In this document: piece by piece, positions 42,136 through 55,571 of the stretch
Layout of the letters: each line of letters opens with the position of its first letter
Position numbering within the stretch: position 1 is the stretch's first letter
Assembly (NCBI GenBank): GCA_044892525.1
Contig: CM097885.1
Location: 215,884,001-215,948,000 of the forward strand
Reading direction: 5' to 3'
Origin: Schmidtea polychroa
Taxonomy: Eukaryota
Length of the DNA: 64,000 nucleotides
The notes under the pieces: generated by a model
Databases searched by the model: none
What the model saw: the letters and a program-made list of their open reading frames with translations, nothing else
What the model was told of the DNA's origin: nothing
Translations under genes and position numbers: made by a program

Positions 42136-45100
42136 ATGGTTATGAGTTTCAAAACTGATTTACCAAATATATTTCCAGATTTTGTCACTTGCAGGAATTT
42201 TTTATACTTTCTTCTGTGTAGGGAATATGTTGAATATACATCCAGCTTGAAATTCTCTTATGATTTCATTGACGAAGAAACGAAATGTCATTTTTATATG
42301 TTTCTGTTTAAAGCAAATAAGGTAATTCTATTTTTAAAATATCTGTATAATTAAAAAATTAGGATGAATCTATTGATTTATTTAAATATATTAAAGAAAA
42401 TGATTCTGCCTTCAAAACCAAACTTAATAATTTAGTTATTAAAAGGTTTATTTTAAAATTTGAAATATTTTATAATTTAAATTAAACAATTTAGAATTGA
42501 AATTTTATTAAGCAATTTAAATGAAATAATTGCTTACAATGATGTATTAGATTTAGTGAATAGCGTCATGAGCACCTTTCATGAAAAAAGCGACGTTATT
42601 GGAAACGACGGAAAAGGAAAAATTTGTAAATATAGTCTGATAGGGATTTTTCTTAGAAAATTCTGCCTGAGTTTTCAATCGTTATCTATTGAAAAAGTGC
42701 TCTCATTTATGAAATCATTTCGCGAAGTTTGTGAGAATTGTTATATTATTACAAAAATGGAAAATAAAATGTTAGTTAACAAAGTTTAATTTAAAATTAT
42801 AATGTTTTCCGATTAGTTTGAGTGAAATCGGTGAATTAATGAAAAATAGATCCTTAACATTGAAACAAGAGCGCCTCAGTAAAGATCAAGTTCTTTGGGA
42901 ATTAGAAAAGATTTACAATGAACTAGAAAAAGTTTTATATGCCCCTAATCTCAAAGACCATGAAAACAATATTGTCATTTCTAAATTGCGACAGAATTTG
43001 CAAAAATATAAAGAAATGTATCCTGATATTTATGAATCGTTTTTCTTGGACAGTTTATTGACAATTCACAATCGCGATTTTGAAGTAATCGAAAAAGACA
43101 TTCAAATGAAATACCCCACGAAATTTTTGGGTTTCGATTGTGAAACTGAAGCGGGTTTGTTACAAGATACTAGCAGGGATACCAATAAGGATAATATGAA
43201 AAAGTTGATGCTGAAAAGGAAAATCGAATTGCATCAAAAGTTGAGTGAGGTCAGTTTGAATTGCGTCGTCACGTTCTCATCGATGGATTTCAAGTGAGTT
43301 AATAATTATAGATTGTCTTTTGTGCAAGATGGAACGGAAGGAGGGGGTTAAATGGGGTTTATTCTTTCAATAACTTGTTTTCATATATCAATAGATGAGA
43401 AAAGATTTTGTAATGCTCACCAATTTTTGACTATTTAGATGTCCAATTATAAGGGCTGCATACTTATTTTCATCAATTTTAAGGGCCAAAAGGTATAAAG
43501 TGAATTAATTAATATTGATGATAGCTATAAAATAGAAGGTTTTTGAAGTGAAAAAACGATGTTTCCCATTTACTATTTTAATTATACATATTTGCTTAAA
43601 AAATAAAGAAACTATTTTGAAACTTTAGCAAATTGATTTGAATAACAATGTAACTTATATTAATTAAAAGCTTAAAGTATAAATTCACATGAATATCAAA
43701 TATTGGAAATACAAAACAATGTCAATGAGAATGATATAGCTTAGTGAAGTCATTCACCAGTTTTGCCCAATTAGCTGTCAAGTTGCTTGTGCTGACCTTT
43801 AACTCTGACTGAAGGTTTGAGTCTGTGAGATGTGATCTGATTTTTGACTTATTAATTAACAGTTTGCTGTTGCTTCAAACTTTTTATCAAATCAGTTGCT
43901 TTCTTTCGCATTCTTCTTTTGATAAATTGTGTCCGAAGTTAGCGTGCCGTGTTTGAAAATTCCGTTTCAAATTGAATTCTTTGTAACTGTTTCATGACAA
44001 ATCAAACACACAGATTTAACTCCAACGTTGGTAAATAAATACCTTTCAGTCCACTCTTTGTTAAAACAGGGCATTCATCTTCAATTTTTCGCTTTTTAGA
44101 TCGCTTCGAACAACTCATTTTTTAGATAATAAAACTAGTATAAATTAAATTGACCCGCTCTTGTATCAGAGAAGCTTATCACGCACAGACACGAGTCAGT
44201 TGCCAGATTAGCCATTTTCGGGTAACATTTTAATAGATAATATTATTTGGTGGCTCGTTATGTTATTGGTTATTTTGTATTTTTTAAAAATAAATCTAAC
44301 TTGACCTTAGCGGGCCGTAGTTTGCCCATCCCTGTCTTATAAGCATATAAAAGGGTGAGGTTAATTACGCAATTGGTGCGTCAAGGGATTATTGATAATT
44401 AGTATGTTGTGTTGATCTTCGCCTGAAAGATGTAATATCTGGGTTATACATGCTATTCTTCCCAGGTCAAATTGAGGATGTTTTCCTATTGTGGTTTTCT
44501 TTCAGTGTGTGGTTTGGTTTTAACAGATAGCCCCTCCATTAGCGACCAGTAATGATCAACTACGGATCAATGAGACATGTAATTCATTTCGTTGCTGCAA
44601 TCATTATGTTTGAATTGATGAATTCCTAGCCCACTCAACTTCAGACTGTTTGCAGCCCGGGAGCAATAATGATCAAATAAGTAAAAAAAATTTTTCTAAG
44701 GGGATTTATTTAATCAAACATTTAACATGGGTTAGTCAGTACAATTGGTCAGTTAGTTATTGATTAATATTANNNNNNNNNNNNNNNNNNNNNNNNNNNN
44801 NNNNNNNNNNNNNNNNNNNNNNNNNNNNNNNNNNNNNNNNNNNNNNNNNNNNNNNNNNNNNNNNNNNNNNNNNNNNNNNNNNNNNNNNNNNNNNNNNNNN
44901 NNNNNNNNNNNNNNNNNNNNNNNNNNNNNNNNNNNNNNNNNNNNNNNNNNNNNNNNGCAGGCATGAGCAATTTGTTTTTGTTAGGGGCCAGTTCAGTCTT
45001 TGAAAATGTTTCGGGGCCGGATGTGTCTGTTGCCCTAGAAGTGCTTTTCGGAGAGATTCGATCCTATCTTTCCTTAATTGTCCCTGTATCTGATCGAACT

Positions 45101-48100
45101 TTTCTGCATGCTGAGTCTGGTAATGCCGTCTTACATTAAATTCCTTTTTAACGGAAATTGATTGCAAGCAAACAAAACAAACGAGCATATTGTTTGATTC
45201 TACAAACAGATAATCCGATGTCCACTTATCATTAAATACTCGGTGTTCACTGTCAACTTTTCGTTTTTTTGTAATAGTGCTCATCCTCAACTGTGGTTGA
45301 AATTGCGTATTTTTTTTTATAATATAAACATAAAATTATAAGTTTTAATCATAGAGGTAGTGAACATAATTTTTGATAATTGAACTGTTGGCTAAAGGAG
45401 TTTTATTGTACAACCTCACCTGCCTAATAATATGACAACAAGGGCATTAATGCATTCATTCCAGTCACACTCATCCTCACAGTTAAGAGAGAGCTACTAG
45501 TACATCCTAACCTCTCCTACAGGATTGAATAAAGGCCAGCTATTAGAGTAGCAGTAGCACACCAACGAACTTGGGATCATCTTCAGCCCTGCACAATTAT
45601 ACGCTCTACATGAAAGTTGGAAGTTTCCTTAATAGAATATAACTAAATACTTCACAGTGAGGTGTAAATGTGGAGAGGTGACCGGAAGTTTACTGCTGCA
45701 CCACCACGCTTATATTAAATGCGTATTTGTACTAATGGTGTAGCTCTAATGTCAACTGCATACATTCCTGAAAGCTTATCAAGGGCCTGGTTATATGGCG
45801 TGGATCAATGAACACTGGGGGCCGGTCAAAAGAGGCTCGCTGGCCGTATGTTGCCCATGCCTGGTATAAAGTGATGATTTCTTGGTAACAGCATTAATTA
45901 AATGTTAAACAATTACCATATATACTCGTGTATAAGCCGAGAAATTTTGGGCAATTTTTTAAGCTAATTTTTAAGCTAACATGTCAAAAACAAGATTTTG
46001 TGATTATTTAAATAATTCGTCAGATTTTAGCTATTTTTTTTACCTCGGCTTATATACGGGTACTTGATTTTGGACAAAAAATTGACTATAAAAACTCACT
46101 TCGGCTTATATACGGATCGGCTTATACACGAGTATATACGGTAAATGATAATTTTGAAAAATTAAAGTATTTTCAACTATAAAAATAGTTCTTTTCAAAT
46201 TGAAATGTGTATATTGTTTAACATTTAATTAATGCTGCTAGCAAGAAATCATCACTTTATATTTATACATTCAATTTAAAATTTCTTTAATTATATTTTG
46301 AATTTTATTCCAAAGTTTACTTCTCTAAAATTTGATCTAGTTATTTTATAATTTTTTTAAAAGAAAATATCCTCAAGGTCAATGACAAATAATCAGACTG
46401 ATGATTTCATTGATCTCTTTTTTAGTGTTAGTTGTTGAATGTTTTTTTATGATGAGAATTGCCTCTTTAAATCTGACATTTTTCTTTTGGATGCTGGCTG
46501 ATTTCAATTGAAATATATTTTCTTTTCTTCCATGGTTGACATTTTTGGAGATGTCTGTATACCGAGGATTTTCCACCAGGATCTAGATGTTCTCTAACTC
46601 TTTGGTTCAAGTTCTTAAGCATACTTCCAATGTATATTTCTTTGCATACATTGTATGTGATGCAGTATACAACTTTCTTTCGTAAGCACATATCTTTCGA
46701 TGCCTAGCAGTTTTCTTTTGTGCAAATAGTTTCTTTTTTATGCTATTTGCCAGAGCTTACCTCAATGTCCAAGACATATGCGCTAAACGAACTGGAAGGT
46801 CAGCGCAATTAAATAGTTTTAGGATCTTGAAGTTGAGTATGTTTCTGATGAATGGAATATTCATATAAACATTTTTTTTGTGTTGGCTCCCTTGATCTTT
46901 TTCTGGTTGAATTCATTATTTCAATATTCTTATTGTGATATATTTATTGGAGTCGTGCCTTGCAATCTTTATAATGGTATATTATGTCTGTTTAGAACAA
47001 AAGTCTTAAAAACCATTTTTCAATGATCTCGAGATCTTTTCCTTCAAATTCGTAAAGAAATATGTGCATATCATATTTATATTTATTTGCTGAACTCAAG
47101 TTTGTCAATTGAAAAATCAATGAACTTTGAAATAACAGTTTATAGTATATACACTATTATGTATAACAAAGTTAAAACCTCGATTGCAATCGGGCAGTGA
47201 TGTCTTGTTACTATGGTTATATTTATTTTTCAAACAGACGGTGGGGTTAAGAATACATTAGGAGATAGACCCAAAATATATCAGGTGCGGCAAAAGAGTA
47301 TAAAAATGTGACTTTTGCGTACTTATTGATGGCTTATCGTACTTATTCTTACCATTCTAATTCCAGCATGTCATATAAATATGAGAAAGAGTAATAATTT
47401 TTCTACCCGATAAATGCCATCAATATAATAACTGAACAATTGACATAGTAAAAAGTCCAATGATTCCACGAAAACTGAAACTTTATTACTATTCAATTAT
47501 TATTCAATTCAATTTCTAATGGTATGCTAGGTCTGAGGTTATTTTTGCCCATTGGTGCCATATAAGAAACTCAATTCAACTCGGGATCGAACCCAACTAT
47601 TTTGTAACCAGACTCAAAAAGCTGACCCCTCAGTCACAAGACCACATCAAATATCAAAATATATTACATATAACTCTTATCCAATGTATATAAATACATT
47701 TAATATCTTACAAACTCATCTGCATTGAGTCATCAAATAGGTGTAAACACTTAAATAATTGTGAAATTTAATGCAAAATGATCAGACAAAGTTCTTGGAT
47801 TCAATCCAAAATACATAATACCACTGAAAATCAAAAAACTCAAAATTAGTTTGACATTAAAAATCAATTTGAATATTTCTTTAAAACTTTCACTTTAGTC
47901 TTCCGAGAACTAATTGATTTAATATTAAAAGTTTAAGTTTCATTATTTCATTTTGATAATTACACTGGGCACTGTTCTTTATGCTTCGCCTATGAATTTT
48001 ATATCAAGTACAGTTTATTTAATAAAAGGAAATTAATTCAGAAATGAAGCACTACTTTATTATAAAGACGGAATTCTCAATGCTAAATTGTCTAAACAAA

Positions 48101-51100
48101 AAGATTTGGTAGCCGAAGTTGGAGTTAGTGTTTTGATGTTGATTAATTATATGTATACTCTAAATTGTTCTCAACCTGATCAGGTTTAAAATTTTGTTTT
48201 TTATTATCTCTAGAAGTTTTTCACAATAACTTTAAGAAACCTTTAGACCAGCAGCTTAAAATAAAAATCGTGTAGCAAACAATTTAAATTTACCATTGAA
48301 AAGACTAGAACGAAACTATAAAATATATTTTATAATAAATATATGAAAATTTATATTTTCTTGGTTTAAAATATAGAAAAATCATTTAAAATTGTATTTT
48401 ATTTCTTATACAAACATATACTTTTTAATAATTTACAATTATTTCGAAAATTATTTTTCTGGTTCTGTAGTTAAGACTGCCTTAAAATAAATTTTACCCG
48501 CGGGCCTTAAATCGCTTGGAATCGCTTGCTGTTTAATAAACATAATTTAAGTCTTAAAATTAATATTAAAATTAATATTAAAATTAATATTAAAATTAAT
48601 ATTAAAATTAATATTAAAATTAATATTAAAATTAATTTTAAAATTAATATTAAAATTAATATTAAAATTAATATTAAAATTAATATTAAAATTAATATTA
48701 AAATTAATATTAAAATTAATATTAAAATTAATATTAAAATTAATATTAAAATTAATTTTAAAATTAATTAAGTTCAATATTTGATATTGTATTGGCGATA
48801 TTTCATTTATTTTCATTCTAATGAAAGATCAAAATTAATCCAAATCAACAAAAACTTTCGGTTTTGGATTTATCAAATGTTATTGCGCTTGATAAAGACA
48901 AAGTCGAAAATTTGAGTTGCTTAGAATTAATTTTTAATCTTTTGTTAGATTGAAAATAACTGAAATATCATCAAAAAAAGAAAACCGATCAAAAGTGACA
49001 ACTTAGAAGTTTAGTAGTTTACTGATATAAAACATAACAATTATTTTACGCTCCATTGCTGTTAGGTTTCCTAATAAAACTTATTCTTGAAAAAATAACA
49101 TTCTAATATTAAAAAGTAGAAGGAAAATTCAGAATTTGATTTTCAGTTTCGGTTTTTATCGACATTACTTTCATATTCAAAAGGTTATTCTTTCTCTAGA
49201 GCGTTGGAAATTCTTTAATGCCTATCAATGACAATCCAAATGGAACATTTTACTCTGTGATCGATGCAGCAATGAATGATGTGAGAATTATTATTTCATT
49301 GGAATATCATATTCCTATATTTTGTTTGGCATTATAGAAAACTGCACTGGGAAGTATTAGAGATTTCTTGTTGCAATCTCTACACAACAATCGCAGCACT
49401 CTTGCTGAGTGAGCTCCAATAATCAGTTTATCAATTATTAATTTTTACCTAATAGATTGTTGCATCATTTTTTCTGTTCTTCTGCGCCCCAAAGACGAGA
49501 ACTGACGCCGATTTGTTTAATTTATCTCTCGATCATATTCAGATATTTCGGATTTCAGTAAGAACTGCATATAAAATGAGGGTTTTTGTTTAACAATAAT
49601 CCATCTAGTATTATAGCCAATACATATCTCATGATTGCCGGGCATTTAGAAGCCATCAAACCCACTAAAAGTCACCAGGAAGTCCTAGTTGAGGTTTTTT
49701 CCCAGTTCATATCGTCATATTCGAATTTGGTGAGACCTTATTGATTAAATTAAAAATTTATAAAATCAATAAAAAAATTTCAATTTTTTTAGTATGTTAT
49801 TGAATATTAAATATAATTTTTTAATTATTGATATTTTAACAGAAAATTTTTTTGAGAAATATTTTTTTATAATCGATTATTAGAAATTTAAATAAATTAT
49901 TCAACACATTTTCGATAGTTTATTGAATTTTTGTATTTTCTAAAAATTACAGTTCTTACGACCATAATAATAATAATTATTATTATTATTATAAATACAA
50001 TGTCAATTATAAATAAATCAGGGGAGAAAATTGAAAAAAGTGCTTATAATAATAAATTAATTAATTATAAAAAGAAATAAAAGAAATAATGAATGAAAAT
50101 AATATATAATAATAATTAAATATAATAATTGATAAATTCATTTCTAATAATAATAATTCTAATAAATAATAATAATAATAAAATTATAAGAACTTTTTTC
50201 AAATTTTACCACTGATTTTTTTTTCAATTGACATTGTATTTACTAAATATTGATTATGAATCAGTAAATATATCGATGTTTGATATTCACAAATTTTCGG
50301 CACTGCCTTTTTCCAAGTGACTTTGATAATAAAATTATTATTAATAATAACAAATAATATTAATATTAATAATAAAAAAATAAAATGAANNNNNNNNNNN
50401 NNNNNNNNNNNNNNNNNNNNNNNNNNNNNNNNNNNNNNNNNNNNNNNNNNNNNNNNNNNNNNNNNNNNNNNNNNNNNNNNNNNNNNNNNNNNNNNNNNNN
50501 NNNNNNNNNNNNNNNNNNNNNNNNNNNNNNNNNNNNNNAATAATTAATAAATTCATTCATAATAATAAGAATTCTAATAAAATATAATAATAATAAAAAT
50601 AAAATTAATATTAAAAATAACAAATAATATTAATTATAATAAATTATAAAAATATTAATAATTATAATAATGAATGAATTAATAATATTAATAATAAATT
50701 AATAATAAAAAATAGATAATAATTAAATAATTATATCAATATCAAATAATATTAATGATAATAATAACAAAAACAAAAAATAAAATTAATAATAATAAAT
50801 TATAAAAATATTAATAATTTCAATAATGACTTAAAAAAATTATAAAAAAAATAAATTATTAAATAGATAAAAATTAATAACAATATCAATTAATAATAAT
50901 AATAATAAAAAAAAGAAAATGAAAAACTTTACAAAATTTTTAATTTTTCATAATTTGAATTGGTTATTATTTCCATATTTAATAGTGAGTAAATCGGAAT
51001 GAAAATTTATTTACAGGGTCGATTTGATAAAGCATTTAATCTTTATAAGAATCTGAAAGTATTTGGCAATGGAATGTTATGCTCGAATCGCCAATTGAAA

Positions 51101-52126
51101 TCTAGTATGCTTCAATCTTCATTCAGCCATTCTCTTATGAGATCAAATTTCTCCAAGTCCTATAAATGCTTAGAAAATCTCCGACGAATATCATTGGCTG
51201 AATATGGTTTAAGGTAGATTGTCAAAGGAATTTTTAAATTTGACGTAATAATAAACCGAAATAGAAAAGTTCAAATGCTATTCATGGAGAGTAATGATGA
51301 TTCACCTATCGCATTAGGGAACCACATAATTTCATTTGCCGTAAAGAAACGAGAAATACTGATATATAATCACGTGAGTATCAGTAAGGGTTGTGCCACA
51401 ATATCATCCAAGGTCAGTCAACATAAATCCAGCGGTATTGTAGACAACACGAGTGAGATCGCTAATTTTAAGGATTTACCTTCTTTGGATGATGCTAACA
51501 GTCAAAACTGGGGAAGTAGAGATTGGGCAATTTACGAATGCCGATGTCGTTGGTTAATGGTATGATTATAAAGCTATTATTTAATGTCATTAACGGGTTT
51601 CTTTCCTTTTCAAAAGACTCCTTAAATAATAAATTTAAAATAAATCAAAAACAAATCGATAATAGAAATTTCTGATCAATTTGAGATTTCTTAGTAATGA
51701 TTGTTGGTCGGTATCTCATCCAATCATTCAACGCAACCTTGTGGTTTTTATATATTTATTATTATTATTTAATTTTTTTATGAAAGCACTAACGATATTT
51801 ACTTCTAAATTCATTTATTATCATTTAAAATTCTACTTAATATATAATTTTTTAAATCTTCATCTATTAATATTTTTCAGATTCATTATTTTAAAATTTA
51901 AAAACTCACTTCCAAATGTTTATTTCAGATTCGTTCCACTAATAATTTTCGGTTGTATTTCTTTGGAAATTTAAAACTGAATTTCTTTTCTCTGTTATTC
52001 CATGAAATTTATCTTTTAATTTCTACATTCGATTATTAACCTTTACACTTCCCATCGCATCCTATCTTATAATAGCATCTGTTTTGTTTATTGCAGCGAA
52101 TGTTACATTATTTCTGTACTTTTGTG

Positions 52127-52162
<36 letters not shown>

Positions 52163-55100
52163 TGTTTACATTTCAGCTATTATAGATGTACAGAATGTAG
52201 AAGACAAAAAATAGCAAAAAAGGTAATTGTTTTTGAGAGAGATTTGTTTTTAAAAAAACGAAATATATAATAACTGATAATAACTTTATTGAAGAATGCT
52301 ATACTGCCCGACACTATTTTTAGCACAGTAAGAAATTTCGTTACAAAATCATGAATAATGTAATAAATGAAATAAATTTTGTATGATTGTAATTAATATA
52401 GTAATACTTTTAATAATTATCACTACTTAGACATATATTATTTTTTGCATAAATAATATTTGAATTCTTAGGTTTTTTAAAAATTAAAATACGACACAAT
52501 TTTTAGCACACTTTAAAGATTTTTAAGTATTAATAATTTAAACCTATTTTTTTATACTACTTTATATGATTTTAATGTTTATAATAATTTTAGAATTGAT
52601 TATGAGATCTCCAGATTTAAAGAAAGTTGCTATAAAGATGAAACAGGAAGGTAACAGTTATGGTGTAATTGGCACCATTTTGGGCATGTCTAGATATGCT
52701 GTTAAGAATTTAGTCACCTACAAATATGTGTTGCATAAACGCAAACGTGGAAACAGAAGAAAAATAAGTAAAGCAGACGCGTTATCCATCAAAAGAGAAA
52801 CTGCACGGATAACGAGAGCACAGGAAAAAGTTAATTCGCCCAAGATCAAGAGAAATTGTGGGCTAGCTGTATCAACAAGGACAGTACAAAGGTATATGCA
52901 GCTTGCTGGTATGAAATACGCAAAAAGTTATCACGAAATCATCCTATCTAAGAAACACAAGGAAGAAAGAATGAAAGTGATAACAGAATGGATTTCGACC
53001 AATCACATTTGGGAGAATACTATGTTCTCAGACGAAAAAAGGTTCACACTTGATGGACCAGATTGTTGGATGACATATATTCCGAAAACATCAAAATATG
53101 TGCGTAATATTCGGCAATGTCATGGAGGTGGAATTATGGTCTGGCTGATGATCCTTCCTAACGGACTTCTATCTTTCCACATGATAACTGGCAAATTTAA
53201 GTCGACCGATTACATTACCCTGTTGAAGACCTTTGCTGTGCCAATAATGAAAGTTAACGTAAAGAGGAATTTTTACTTCCAGCAAGACAATTGCACAGTA
53301 CACAAAGCACGGATTGTCCAAGATTATCTGAAATCAAGTAATATATCAACGATTACATGGCCGTCACGAAGTCCAGACTTGAACATAGTTGAGGATGTCT
53401 GGAAGATGATTTCAGATATGGTTTATGACGGACCGCAGTTCTTAAACATAGCTGTTTTAGAAAAAAAAATTACGGATGTCATATCTCTTATCAACTGTAC
53501 CAGGAGACATAAAATTTTGGATTTCTATGCATCAATAAGATTGAGACTGTGTAAAGTTCTGAGTAATCACGGAAATTTGTATAATTGTTAAGTATTAGTG
53601 TGTATAAATAAAGTGTGCTAAAAATTGTGTCGATTTTAATTTTTAAAAAACCTAAGAATTCAAATATTATTTATGCAAAAAATAATATATGTCTAAGTAG
53701 TGATAATTATTAAAAGTATTACTATATTAATTACAATCATACAAAATTTATTTCATTTATTACATTATTCATGATTTTGTAACGAAATTTCTTACTGTGC
53801 TAAAAATAGTGTCGGACAGTATATAAGGGTACAAATAGATCTATGCGAGATCGAAACCTACCTTATGCTCGACTTAAATGACCTTGATTCATATTGAGCA
53901 ATGATATTGACTATGAAGGCTTTTATAAAACCTGTACTATTATAGTTTTTTAGGGGATCCATTTTAAATCTGATTAAATGATTTTATCTAGTTTTTTCTG
54001 AAATAATTGTCTCTCTCATCATATCAGACTGATTGTTTCACGGACAACATTTCTGATTGTTCCTTCCATGTACATTTATTAGCAAATGAAATCATTGGTT
54101 TAATAGGTATATCCACAATTTGCTAGATGATGTTTAGAATGTTTGGAAGGTAATGTCTTCTACGCTTTGATATTGAGGATAAGTTTTCAGCTTCTGTCTC
54201 TAACTCCTTACGAACTTTATGGGCGAAAGATCTGACAATTTCAACATGCCCTTTCATTTCTTGAGTATTTTGAGTGTCTGCCATTATTATTGTACTTCTC
54301 TAAAATATACTAAATTTAATAAAATACAGAATAAACAAGAAAAAGGCATGCCCCAAAATATCTTACGCATCCTGTGTTATTTATTTATCGTACAAAATTT
54401 ATAATAAGGATCTATGCATTTGAGAATATTAAAATTGAAAATTAATTCGTTTTAAGAATTTCTGTATCATTCGTTTCGTTAATAAATTAAAATGGTTCAA
54501 ATAAAAATAAACACTCTCCCAACAATAACTGTCTATCTGTCTATTTTTCATTGGGACTTTGTCAAATTTTCATGACATTTGGATAGTAAGAAGTTGAGTT
54601 GTGAAACATTAAGCGACACTGTTTTGCAAATAATTGCTATAAAATGACAGCTAGTTTGTGCTTCAAGATTTTCTGAATACATTTCTGAATCTTTTTGATA
54701 TAAGATTCCGCTTCATCCATTTTTCTATAAATTAATCAATTCTGTAGTTCCTTAGCTAACTATTGATTTTCTTCAAAAGCCAATTTTAGTTTTCATATAA
54801 ATCTTCTTTGGGAATTTTGTAATATTTGTTAGGACTATTTTCAAATATGCTAGTCTGCTGTTGTCCAATTGAATATATCTTTATCTGGGGAAATGTGGAT
54901 TAAGTAACAATACGCGAAGGATATATTAATGTAAAGCAGAATATATATTATTTAATTTTTTGTTCGAAATATATGTGCTCGTTCAGTAATGATTGCGTGA
55001 TCAGTGGATGCTTCTTGTACCATGCTTCGAGCCAAATGTATCGTTGTTAATTAGGAAATATATTTAGGTCTTATAAAGTGGATAAAACAATTTCAGACGA

Positions 55101-55493
55101 TTATGTACTGGATTAAAAATTTCCTACTAGAGGGATTAAAAAATATCCGTATATTTAAAAATTTTGATAATTGTTTTGAGCGTGTGATATGCGAATAATT
55201 ATTGATAAGAACTTTTAATCCTAAAATCAATGTGCAGAATGCAGTGAATACGTGTGCCTTGAATGTTTTTAATTAAGTTTTTGTATGTTGATGTATATTA
55301 ATAATAGTTATGTTAAATAATTAAAATAATATTTTTAAATAATTTTAAAAGTTTAAAATTGATTGTTGAAAATTATTTTAAAAAAAATTGTTTAAAATTG
55401 GTATTTATAATTTAAAAAAATTTATTGATTTTATTATTTGTTTATATATTATCAATATAGTATAGTTATTCATCCTTCGTATGATGATAGTGA

Positions 55494-55571
<78 letters not shown>

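Noticed and set aside
48526-48816. KINI/NINF repeat ORFs
   Set aside because: They are translations of a 12-bp AT minisatellite with no coding evidence.
53860-55100. Possible decayed transposase next to the Tc1
   Set aside because: Frames are too broken to assign a family.
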